Origin: a virus | Strand: one strand, 5' to 3' | DNA length: 64,000 nucleotides | IMG/VR virus record: IMGVR_UViG_3300025120_014916 | Coordinates: 1 to 64,000 of that record | In this document: positions 30,952 to 39,236 of the stretch, one piece after another | How the letters are laid out: the number at the start of each line of letters is the position of its first letter | How positions within the stretch are numbered: the stretch's first letter is position 1 | The notes under the pieces: generated by a model | The model's input: only the letters and a program-made list of their open reading frames with translations | The model's database searches: none | Told to the model about the DNA's origin: nothing | Made by a program: the position numbers and the translations under genes

Positions 30952-31497
30952 CTATTCGCCTCCGCCGTCAAAGCCGGCTTCGATACCACCTTCTATGCCG
31001 GGTTCATAATAATTGTCATGATCTCTGTAGCCATAAAAATAAGGGTATAGCTTTTTTAAATTTCTTTTAGAAGTTTTTTTCTTTTTCTTTTTTTTGTATT
31101 TTTTGTATTTTCTTTCGCTAATAGCAGACCCTTCTTCGTGCATTTCAATGCCATGCTTTTCGTGAAGTTCGTCAATACTATCTGAATCTTTTACTTTTTC
31201 AAGCAATATTGCAGGAATATCAGTCTCAATAGCACCACCAGACCATCTTACGTCATAAAAGTTAATATCACCATTCTCTTTCAATGAATGCCACATCACT
31301 TCACCAACTTCATTTAAGGAAGAACCCTTCTTCCGGACATGAGTCAGTCATGTATGTCCTATAATATCTTTTGCAGCTTGATCCTTATTGCTCACATGAT
31401 TAATGCCGTAAGTAAACCCGTCTTCCTTGCTGACGTAAGAAAGCCTTTCTAGCTCTTCAAATATTAGAGCTCGCAATTTGCTTATTGATAGTTTCAT
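30952..31497 (-). CDS. Hypothetical head-associated protein interrupted by an in-frame UGA at codon 50 (readthrough, nonsense mutation, or two genes)
   Basis: ATG at 31497 gives MKLSISKLRALIFEEL...DIIGHT*LTHVRKKGSSLNEVGEVMWHSL..., in frame with the track's 30952..31299 ORF. Confidence 0.6.
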
Positions 31498-31515
31498 TTT
31501 GTTTTTCTTGCTTGG

Positions 31516-31884
31516 TTAATAATTTCGATCTTCATCCGGATCTCGGGCATTCATTCGAACATATTCCATATAACTGTCATGCTGATCAGGTGCTAAGTCT
31601 TCAGAACTTTGTTCATCATATTCTAAAGGTAGTGCTAATTGCTCAGGTTGAGATTCTATCTGATAGATTTTAGAATATATACTACTTAATTCTGTTTCCA
31701 TCGGGCCGAGATATCCATACGCGTATGCTTCGTTCTCTCCGCCCATATCTAACACATGATCATTCATCTGCTTTGTGAGCATGGCTGCTTTTTCTTTAAG
31801 AGCACGCAATTCATTGCTAGCTTCTGCAATTAAGCTTAGCTCTTCTTTAATGAGTCTTCTTATTGCTTTTCTATTTAATTTCAT
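31516..31884 (-). CDS. Small acidic hypothetical protein with shared N-terminal leader
   Basis: MKLNRKAIRRLIKEEL; AGGAG RBS. Confidence 0.8.
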   Translation of the reverse strand: MKLNRKAIRRLIKEELSLIAEASNELRALKEKAAMLTKQMNDHVLDMGGENEAYAYGYLGPMETELSSIYSKIYQIESQPEQLALPLEYDEQSSEDLAPDQHDSYMEYVRMNARDPDEDRNY

Positions 31885-31905
31885 TTCTTGCTCCTAAAAT
31901 TTAAA

Positions 31906-32304
31906 CTATCTATCGTAGTCGCCGCTCATGATATCTTCACAGCATTCAATGAGCGCAGCTTTTGTTATTTCGCAAGAGCAACATTCAATAAGGCACATAA
32001 CAGCTGCACAGCAGTCTTCACGAGAAACATTGCCCATTGAAGATCCCATCATTGGAGTTGCGTCTGATGTGTGCATTGGAAGAAGTGCATCCATGTCATT
32101 ATCCTTAGGCATGTCATCTTCGTATTCATCACAACCGCAAGGACTCATTCCACATGCGTCACATCCGTGTTTATGACTTCCAACATGTCCTATGTCTTGT
32201 GAGAATGCACCGACTTTTCCGAAAGGTTGCATTCCAGTCATACCGATCATTTTAAATTCTGTAAGAATCATTTTTTGTAGTTGTTTCCGATTTAGTTTTG
32301 ACAT
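31906..32304 (-). CDS. Small Cys-rich protein with shared N-terminal leader
   Basis: MSKLNRKQLQKMILTEF; 12 Cys in two clusters; AGGAG RBS. Confidence 0.8.
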   Translation of the reverse strand: MSKLNRKQLQKMILTEFKMIGMTGMQPFGKVGAFSQDIGHVGSHKHGCDACGMSPCGCDEYEDDMPKDNDMDALLPMHTSDATPMMGSSMGNVSREDCCAAVMCLIECCSCEITKAALIECCEDIMSGDYDR

Positions 32305-32391
32305 CTCTGTGCTCCTGTAAAGTTTACCTTATTAAATATACCTGTGCGAACGTAAATGATCATAGATTTTAACCTCGTTTGCAGAAAACAT

Positions 32392-32420
32392 AAAAAAAGA
32401 CACCCACAAGGGGTGTCTTT
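32392..32420 (-). terminator. Rho-independent terminator
   Basis: AAAGACACCC-CTTGT-GGGTGTCTTT followed by TTTT. Confidence 0.88.
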
Positions 32421-32469
32421 AAAATATTATTAGACTAACTAATTTATACTTTTTAAGAGCTTATTGTAT

Positions 32470-33288
32470 TTATTGCAATCCAAATTCAAACTCTTTCCAA
32501 ATCAGCGCGCCACCTACGTCGGAGTCGTGTCTGTGGAACCAGTATGGCGTTACAACTTCAGCATCGTCAAAGCTATAAGCTACAGCACCAGTGCCTGCTA
32601 CTCCGTCAATAGTATATGTTACTGCGCCTGCTGCAGATACCATAACTTTAAGTGTATGAGTTCCACCATTTGCCCAGTTTCCGGCGCCGTCGCCACCGCC
32701 AGATGTGATATCTGTTACAACTGTACTGGCATTATTAATAATTGTTGTGGTTTTAATATCGCCTGAAACTACTGATAGTGCAGCTAGCTCATCTAATGCG
32801 TCTGGACTGGCGTTGTGTGCCTCAACCTTTGCAAAGCCGCATCGAATATCATCAAACCCGGAAACATCTTCTATTGAAAACTTAACAGACATAAAGAATG
32901 CTGGAGATGTGCCTACTGTAAAATAGTCTTTGTTTAGTTTGCCTAAGGCTGCTACTGATCTACCTCGAATAGCCCAGCCTTCATTATTTGTTTGATCGCC
33001 TGATACATTTAACCCTGCTACATTTAATGCTGGTGCTAAAAGCGTTTGAGTTCCAATAGCATGTACTGCTAGTGTATTACCACATCTAAATCCCCATTGA
33101 TTAATTTCTCCGGTTGCGCCGGAGAAAATTGTCCCGTCTGATTGTGGATCTAAACTTACTTGTGCACCTAAATCAAATTTAGTTACGCGTATGTCACTAG
33201 TAGTAAATGTAACTGTTGACGCACAGTTGACACCTGATCCTGTTTTTTGAATCAGACCTTTTGAGTCTGTGATTTCTATTGCTGGCAT
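32470..33288 (-). CDS. Hypothetical Gly/Ala/Thr-rich beta-structured protein, possible capsid decoration or fibre protein
   Basis: MPAIEITDSKGLIQKTGSG... Monocistronic, with its own leader, AGGAG RBS and terminator. Confidence 0.75.
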   Translation of the reverse strand: MPAIEITDSKGLIQKTGSGVNCASTVTFTTSDIRVTKFDLGAQVSLDPQSDGTIFSGATGEINQWGFRCGNTLAVHAIGTQTLLAPALNVAGLNVSGDQTNNEGWAIRGRSVAALGKLNKDYFTVGTSPAFFMSVKFSIEDVSGFDDIRCGFAKVEAHNASPDALDELAALSVVSGDIKTTTIINNASTVVTDITSGGGDGAGNWANGGTHTLKVMVSAAGAVTYTIDGVAGTGAVAYSFDDAEVVTPYWFHRHDSDVGGALIWKEFEFGLQ

Positions 33289-33325
33289 AATTTTCTCCTA
33301 TTTTTTAGATTTGTTTTAGAGTTTA

Positions 33326-33382
33326 CTTGTTCGCAAGATTCCGTCACGCTGGCGAGGTCAGCTTTATGCAATGTGTCGGGCC
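33326..33382 (-). ncRNA. Candidate structured cis-regulatory RNA (pseudoknot-like) in the 5' leader
   Basis: GC-rich island in an AT-rich intergenic region. CCGACAC/GUGACGG (one A-A mismatch) encloses GCUG-ACCUCGC-CAGC, and UUGCA can pair with downstream UGCGA. Confidence 0.5.
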
Positions 33383-33427
33383 TACTATTATATATTACTT
33401 AAGAATGCATTTAATTACAACAAATGA

Positions 33428-33769
33428 TTATTTGTTTTTATATTTTAATCTTAATTGCGCATAACCAATATTATGCTTAATGTTTGAAATTAACTTATCA
33501 ACTCTAGGATCTCTAGCTGATAATTCTTTAGAGTTAGTCTCGCCAACTTTTAACTTAAGCAATTCTAAAGTCTCAGCAAGCTGTGCATCTGATTTCTCAT
33601 GAGCAATAATTGACTCAGCAAGCGCTAATTTTAAAATAGCAACTTCTTTCTTTAAACTATCAATATCTGACTTAAGTTCTGAGTGGTCATGCGAAACTGC
33701 TGCAACTTCTTTTTTCGCTACTGCGGGCTTTTTTGCTGTAGGCACAGCTGTTGTTTTCTTTGAGGGCAT
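33428..33769 (-). CDS. Hypothetical coiled-coil protein with Lys/Ala/Pro-rich N-terminus
   Basis: MPSKKTTAVPTAKKPAVAKK followed by heptads; AGGAG RBS. Confidence 0.75.
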   Translation of the reverse strand: MPSKKTTAVPTAKKPAVAKKEVAAVSHDHSELKSDIDSLKKEVAILKLALAESIIAHEKSDAQLAETLELLKLKVGETNSKELSARDPRVDKLISNIKHNIGYAQLRLKYKNK

Positions 33770-33806
33770 TTTTATTTCTCCTATGAAATTATTAATTAAT
33801 ACATAT

Positions 33807-33814
33807 AATTATAA
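33807..33814. promoter_or_regulatory. Palindromic ATAATTAT motif between divergent genes
   Basis: Lies 37 nt from both the 33769 (-) and 33852 (+) start codons. Confidence 0.4.
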
Positions 33815-33851
33815 CGTCAAAACAAAAATTTTAAAGGAATATAGAAATATT

Positions 33852-34202
33852 ATGAAGCCTATTATTATTAAGTCAAATCTAATCACAAAAGTGCTCTCTG
33901 TCTACATAGACGTCTGCGCCATTACATTATACCCATTTATAGTAATTAACGAAGCTTGTGATCATCCTGTTATCATGAACCATGAAAAGATTCATTTAAA
34001 GCAACAAAGTGAGCTCTGGATCATTCCTTTTTATGTTCTATATGTATGGTATTGGCTTAAAGGAAGGATGCAAGGAATGGACAACCACGATGCTTATATG
34101 TCTATTCCGTTTGAAAAAGAAGCATATGAACATCAATACGATTTTGAGTATATTGAGAACAGAAAACCCGGGTCATGGAAAAGTTATATTAATTTAACTT
34201 AA
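33852..34202 (+). CDS. Small membrane-associated HExxH putative metalloprotease
   Basis: AITLYPFI...NHEKIHLKQQ...PFYVLYVWYW...AYMSIPFEKEAY. ATG at 33852 follows AAGGA; the track starts it at 33783. The only credible plus-strand gene. Confidence 0.75.
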   Translation: MKPIIIKSNLITKVLSVYIDVCAITLYPFIVINEACDHPVIMNHEKIHLKQQSELWIIPFYVLYVWYWLKGRMQGMDNHDAYMSIPFEKEAYEHQYDFEYIENRKPGSWKSYINLT

Positions 34203-34926
34203 CACCCATAAAAAGACCTATTGAGGCTTGATGAAGATTTTTGTCAATAAGTCTAGGGGGTATAGAAAACCTTAAAGGTAGATCTTCTTTAGACTTATCA
34301 ATGTTTGTTACTGAATTAATCTGCGGGTTAACGGGAACCGGTATACAATTTGCACCAACACAGTTAACGTTACTAGGTTGAACTACTGTCGGTGTGGTTG
34401 TTGCAGAATTTGATCTGACTTCTTGCTGCTTGATCCACTTTACAACTTCTTTAGACCCGTTGGAAGATGTGTTAACAATAAGTGCACTAGAATTATATAG
34501 CGTCATTCTCACGACTATTTCATAATCATTAATACTAATATTTGTTCGAACTAAGTAATGATCATTCTTTACAGCACATGCTAATGCATCTTTTTTATAA
34601 TTGCAATCTTCATATGCATAGTTTATTGTATCAGCATCGTATACTTCAATTCTTTCTGTGTGCATTGTTACCGGTTCGTATATGCCTCTTTGATTTTTTA
34701 CTTTACCTAGTCTAGAATGTGAATTTACGTATCCAGCAATTGACGCGTCATTTATATCATCACTTATTTTTTTACTTACATTATCTATGATCGGATCTTC
34801 TACATAAATAACCATATTTCTTCGGGCTTCAACAATAATTGTTTTACCTACATTTTCATCATCAAGCAAAGCCGGTTCATCAGCATATGCTATTTGTATT
34901 ACCAAACCAATCAGAATTGCAATCAT
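34189..34926 (-). CDS. Hypothetical exported protein with signal peptide
   Basis: MIAILIGLVIQIAYA-DE: hydrophobic core plus an AxA cleavage site. Confidence 0.75.
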   Translation of the reverse strand: MIAILIGLVIQIAYADEPALLDDENVGKTIIVEARRNMVIYVEDPIIDNVSKKISDDINDASIAGYVNSHSRLGKVKNQRGIYEPVTMHTERIEVYDADTINYAYEDCNYKKDALACAVKNDHYLVRTNISINDYEIVVRMTLYNSSALIVNTSSNGSKEVVKWIKQQEVRSNSATTTPTVVQPSNVNCVGANCIPVPVNPQINSVTNIDKSKEDLPLRFSIPPRLIDKNLHQASIGLFMGVKLN

Positions 34927-34964
34927 ATAACTTTCCCTTTTATTATATAAATATACACATGCAT

Positions 34965-34991
34965 AAAAAAAGGATGCTTTAAAAGCACCCT
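34965..34991 (-). terminator. Rho-independent terminator
   Basis: AGGGTGCTT-TTA-AAGCATCCT followed by TTTTTT. Confidence 0.8.
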
Positions 34992-35024
34992 CATTAATTT
35001 AAATATCACTTAAATTTAAATATT

Positions 35025-35291
35025 TTATTCATAATCTTCGTATATAAAGTCTAATAACTCTCTGGCACCTTCAATAATGCCGGGAATTGAGACGTCGATA
35101 AACTTGGTATTTGTTTCCCATGATAGATGTGACTGGTGCTCTAGTATTTCTTTTGATAATCCCAGTAGTTGAAGTCTCATTGCAGCAGGAGATATTTCTT
35201 CAGGCTGCTGTATCATTAAAACTTCCTCTTCTTGGGGGGTTTCAACAACTTCGGGTTCTTCTACTAATTCTTGTTTCTTTTTGCGAGGCAT
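35025..35291 (-). CDS. Small hypothetical protein (paralogue of neighbour)
   Basis: MRLQLLGLSKEILEH...IIEGARELLDFI; AGGAG RBS. Confidence 0.75.
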   Translation of the reverse strand: MPRKKKQELVEEPEVVETPQEEEVLMIQQPEEISPAAMRLQLLGLSKEILEHQSHLSWETNTKFIDVSIPGIIEGARELLDFIYEDYE

Positions 35292-35332
35292 AATTTCTCC
35301 TAATTATTTCTTTTGTTACATTATATAAGGTT

Positions 35333-35545
35333 TTATTTTGTTTGTACAAACTTATAAAGTTTTTCTGCCTCTAAAATAATGTTTTCTGTGGATGGTAGTG
35401 TAGGCCATACAGTTGTCTTTAAGACAATTGCATCCCGATCACAAAGGTATCTAATTCTTTCATATTCCTGATGATATCTGTGTGTTAAAATTTGCGCAGC
35501 TTGCGCTAACAGGCTTGCCCGCAGTGCATAAGTTGTTCCATTCAT
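35333..35545 (-). CDS. Small hypothetical protein (paralogue of neighbour)
   Basis: LRASLLAQAAQILTH...IILEAEKLYKFV. ATG at 35545 follows CAGGA; the track starts it at 35611. Confidence 0.7.
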   Translation of the reverse strand: MNGTTYALRASLLAQAAQILTHRYHQEYERIRYLCDRDAIVLKTTVWPTLPSTENIILEAEKLYKFVQTK

Positions 35546-35643
35546 ATCATTTCCTGTGTACTGTGTAGATCTGTTCTTAGTAAACAGTATCAGTATATAC
35601 AAAAAATACACATTTTATAATACTTTATCTATTGGGTGATCAT

Positions 35644-35678
35644 AAAAAACAAAAAAGGCGCCCATAAAGAGCGCCTTT
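35644..35678 (-). terminator. Rho-independent terminator after the major capsid gene
   Basis: AAAGGCGCTC-TTTAT-GGGCGCCTTT followed by TTTGTTTTTT. Confidence 0.88.
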
Positions 35679-35711
35679 CATTTAACTATACACACCACGA
35701 AGGCGTTAGAT

Positions 35712-37661
35712 TTAGATAATTTCCATATCTAAACATGTAACTGTTCCGTAGAAGTCGGCACGAACCATTTTCTTTCCGTAACGAGTCATAACACCTTTTC
35801 TTGGGGTGAAATCCTCTGGAGCGAAGATGGTAGGTGTAACAATCAATGGTACGTAAGGAGCATAGACGTATCCAGACTCTAAGTAAGAACCACCTTTATA
35901 TCCAACAAGAATCTTGTTACGTGGGAAGTAAGGATCTTTATAAACAGTAAATCTGTTAGTAAGTGATCCAATAGCTTCAGCACCAAGACTGAATGGGGCA
36001 GCAACTTGACCTTGACCATCAATTTTAATTGAAGGCTTGTAAAGTACAGAAGCTTCGAAGATTGTCGCGACTTCAGGGGAAACTACGATGAAGTTTGCAC
36101 TTCCACGAAGAGTCTTTCTGTGAATCTCATTAGCAACGTCGATAATGGTCTCAACAAGAGTCTCATACCATTCGCGAACTGTACCAGTAAAAGTCGGACT
36201 CATTGACAAAGAAGAAGCTAATTCTTGAATTGCCCCTGTTCTTTTGTTAACAAATCTACCTGGCGCACGTGACCAAAAGAAGTTTGCACCTTTTGCTTCA
36301 ACCAAGAGGTCATTAAGAATCTCACGATCGATTTCTAATGCAATCTGCTCTGAAAGAATCTGAGTCAATTCAACTTCAGCGTCCAAAGAGTGATAAGCAT
36401 TAAGATCTTGTGCAAGTTCTGGGGACCAACGAGCTCTTAACTTACGTGTTTGAGCTGTTACCGCAATAGATTCGATCTTAATGTCGATCTCGGGTATGAT
36501 TGGTGTAGGATCAGATCCGGAGAAGCTAGACTCAAAGCTTGGAATTGTAACAACACCACCTGTACCACCCTCGGCAGTTAGACCGTCAGCTTTAGGGTAA
36601 GCTACAATTGTAATGCCACCGGTGAATAATGCATCAGCTGAGGTACTAACAGTACCAGGACAAACAAACAGCACGTCCACAGCAGCCGAATCGGCTGATG
36701 TTCTTTGAGTCCATGTTGATCCATCCCAAGATCCTAATTGATTAAGTCTACGTACGTTTAATACGTTCGTACCTTGCTGAATAGTAGATTTAACTTTAGT
36801 AATACCACCGGAACTAGTTCCTCCAGCTGAATCAAGCAGTGATACACCTTTAACAAGTGTTTTGTCAAAGCTAGTTAGCTTTGATATATCTGCAATTACA
36901 AAGTGATAATTTGTGCTGTTATCAACAATATCAGCAATAATTTGCGGATCATGTTGCAATAGCGCCAAGTTTTTACTATTTGTAGTTTCAATCTGATTAC
37001 CAATCGCAAAAACACCAGTTGTTGCATGGTATGCACCAGCAGCTGTTGCGTGTGCTGCAGCAATTTGTCCAGCAGCATGACCGGAGATTGCGTGTCCTGA
37101 ACCAGTAACATATGCTTTTGAATATGTTGAACCAGCTAAGTCATACATACCGCCGATTGCGTCAGCACCTGACTGAATACTGTTTCCACTTGGTGAGCCA
37201 TAAAGTGAGTTACCTTTTTCAAAAGTAGCTGCTGTATTTCCTGTTAAAGCTGCGTTTCCGAGTGTACTTCCTGCAGAACCGGCATCTTCACCACCTACTT
37301 GACTTCCATAAGAATAGTCTAAGTAGAAAAGAAGTCCACTTGGAAGACTCATTGGCTGAATAGATACTAGTTCATTAGCAACTAAACCACCAAATACACG
37401 GCGTACAATTGGAAATGCGATGTTACTAAAACCATCGATTGCGCCTGCGCCACCAGATCCGTTACCCATTGTGTTAGCTTCTCTAAGTACTTGAGCAGCT
37501 TGATTTTCAAGCAAACGAGCCATATTCTCGCGCTTGGTTTCTTGAAGGCCACGTAACAATCCTGTTCGTGTCCATTTGTTCATAAGTCGGCTACCGTCTT
37601 GACCCACGTTTCTATCGCGGATGCCCTCGGTAAGTTGACCTAATGTAAATTCTCTAGACAT
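35712..37661 (-). CDS. Major capsid protein, T4 gp23-like, with a large insertion
   Basis: LLENQ, FPIVRRVFGGLVANELVSIQPMSLPSGLLFYL, IESIAVTAQTRKLRARWSPELAQDLNAYHSLDAEVELT, YAPYVPL, FTPRKGVMTRYG. Confidence 0.96.
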   Translation of the reverse strand: MSREFTLGQLTEGIRDRNVGQDGSRLMNKWTRTGLLRGLQETKRENMARLLENQAAQVLREANTMGNGSGGAGAIDGFSNIAFPIVRRVFGGLVANELVSIQPMSLPSGLLFYLDYSYGSQVGGEDAGSAGSTLGNAALTGNTAATFEKGNSLYGSPSGNSIQSGADAIGGMYDLAGSTYSKAYVTGSGHAISGHAAGQIAAAHATAAGAYHATTGVFAIGNQIETTNSKNLALLQHDPQIIADIVDNSTNYHFVIADISKLTSFDKTLVKGVSLLDSAGGTSSGGITKVKSTIQQGTNVLNVRRLNQLGSWDGSTWTQRTSADSAAVDVLFVCPGTVSTSADALFTGGITIVAYPKADGLTAEGGTGGVVTIPSFESSFSGSDPTPIIPEIDIKIESIAVTAQTRKLRARWSPELAQDLNAYHSLDAEVELTQILSEQIALEIDREILNDLLVEAKGANFFWSRAPGRFVNKRTGAIQELASSLSMSPTFTGTVREWYETLVETIIDVANEIHRKTLRGSANFIVVSPEVATIFEASVLYKPSIKIDGQGQVAAPFSLGAEAIGSLTNRFTVYKDPYFPRNKILVGYKGGSYLESGYVYAPYVPLIVTPTIFAPEDFTPRKGVMTRYGKKMVRADFYGTVTCLDMEII

Positions 37662-37694
37662 GTTATATATCTCCTATAAACAATTGAAATTAAG

Positions 37695-39185
37695 TTATTT
37701 TTTAAGTCCCGCAAGTTTTTGCCAGCGTCCAAGATCACTAGAACCTTGTGCCTTTCTTGAGCTAGCTGACGTAGTAGTGCGGGATGAACTACCGTATCTC
37801 ACTGATTCATTAATTGTACCTTTCCTACTTGAAGAAAGAGATTCAGTTAATGACTTATATAATGCTTTAGTTTCGCTAAGTGAGTTTGCTTCGTCAAGAG
37901 CCTTGATTACAGATTTTTTCTGAGATTCATTAAGTGACTTATTCTGAAGTAGCTTATTCACATAAAGTAATTTAGCATTAAATAAATTGAGATCTTCCAA
38001 CTGTTCACGAAGAGTATTAATAGCTCCTCTGTATTTATTCAGTTTCTCAGACTGAGCTCGATTTGTACGTCTCAGATTTCGAATTGCTTCGTTTAATTTG
38101 TTAATTTGTGGTGGATTGACGAAAGGATCTTGGCCTTCTTTGCCGCCGCCAAATGCTGATTTAACACCTGCGTTCTTCTTTCCTTTTCCGCCATATGATC
38201 CATCGACGCCTGCCTTAGCACCGCCGTTACCACCAAAGTGATGATCCATTTTTCCTTCACGGAGTTGTCTTTTAACTCGAGCTAATTCTTGACGAAGCAT
38301 GCGAGGATCGATATCAAAGGTTTCGTTTAAAGCAGCTTCATCTTCTGCATCTTCACCTTCTTCATCAAACATCCCTTCTAGATCTGGTAATTCTGGAGCA
38401 TCTTCACCTTCTTCGTCTTCTTCACCTTCTTCTTCACCTAGTTCTAACGCGTCTTCTGCATCTTCACCTTCTTCTTCTTCTTCGGCCATGCCTTTAAGAA
38501 TTTCTGGTAGGTTATCAATTTCGATATCATCGCCTAAATCAAGAACAAGACGAATTTCATTCATCAGTGCGTCCATGTCATCTTCTTCCATAGGCTCATC
38601 TGCTTCATATGCATCATCCATTTCTTCCATAGAATCATTATCCATTTCATCCATATCACTCATTTCTTTTTCAATGGATTCTCTTAGTGCTTGAAGATCA
38701 ACTTCATAAAATTTTTCGCGGTTTGACATTTCTGTTTTCTCCTGATTTAAATCAATGTTATTATTTATATTGCGCGATTCTAAAATATCTGCTTTTTTGT
38801 TAAATTTATTTGCAATTTGCTGCAATTTTCTTCTGTTAGAACTTGAAAGACCACCAAGTGTCTTCTCAACAGATTCTTGAACCACACTTGAAGAAGATGA
38901 AAGATCAAATTCAGAAAGTATTTCTTCGCCTCCAACAAGATTAATTAAAGCTTTAAGAGCAGATTCATCCAAGACAACCTCTTCTTTTTCTTCAATATCT
39001 TCTTTTTCAGCGTCTAGTTCGTTTTTATTAGTGTCTTCTTCGTCGCCTTCTATTAATTGAGCTTCGATGAATTCTCTAATTCTAGGTGTAACTGCTTCTA
39101 ATATTGCCTTTTTGGCATTATCTTCAGCAACTTCGCGAAGCTTTTTAGCATCGGCAATTGCTTCTTCAAAAAGTTTGCTTGACAT
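37695..39185 (-). CDS. Prohead core / scaffolding protein (gp22-like)
   Basis: Very acidic low-complexity centre, C-terminal coiled coil LNLFNAKLLYVNKL, many L/I-x-E sites, directly upstream of the capsid gene. Confidence 0.85.
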   Translation of the reverse strand: MSSKLFEEAIADAKKLREVAEDNAKKAILEAVTPRIREFIEAQLIEGDEEDTNKNELDAEKEDIEEKEEVVLDESALKALINLVGGEEILSEFDLSSSSSVVQESVEKTLGGLSSSNRRKLQQIANKFNKKADILESRNINNNIDLNQEKTEMSNREKFYEVDLQALRESIEKEMSDMDEMDNDSMEEMDDAYEADEPMEEDDMDALMNEIRLVLDLGDDIEIDNLPEILKGMAEEEEEGEDAEDALELGEEEGEEDEEGEDAPELPDLEGMFDEEGEDAEDEAALNETFDIDPRMLRQELARVKRQLREGKMDHHFGGNGGAKAGVDGSYGGKGKKNAGVKSAFGGGKEGQDPFVNPPQINKLNEAIRNLRRTNRAQSEKLNKYRGAINTLREQLEDLNLFNAKLLYVNKLLQNKSLNESQKKSVIKALDEANSLSETKALYKSLTESLSSSRKGTINESVRYGSSSRTTTSASSRKAQGSSDLGRWQKLAGLKK

Positions 39186-39211
39186 TATGTCCTACTCCTG
39201 TTAATTCTTTT

Positions 39212-39225
39212 ATACTTATAAGTAT
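39212..39225. promoter_or_regulatory. Perfect 14-bp palindrome ATACTTATAAGTAT containing the putative late motif
   Basis: Located 27 nt upstream of the scaffold ATG. Confidence 0.5.
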
Positions 39226-39236
39226 CTTTACTAAAG

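Noticed and set aside
33326-33382. Bona fide HDV-like/theta self-cleaving ribozyme
   Set aside because: Strand order matches, but the G at +1 with its G-U pair, the P1.1 GG, the U at the first loop position and the catalytic C-R-A are not in place, and no tRNA is adjacent. Kept only as a structured RNA candidate.
38299-38700. Repeated TCTTCACCTTC-like units as a DNA repeat element
   Set aside because: Explained by Glu/Asp/Gly low-complexity coding in the scaffold protein.
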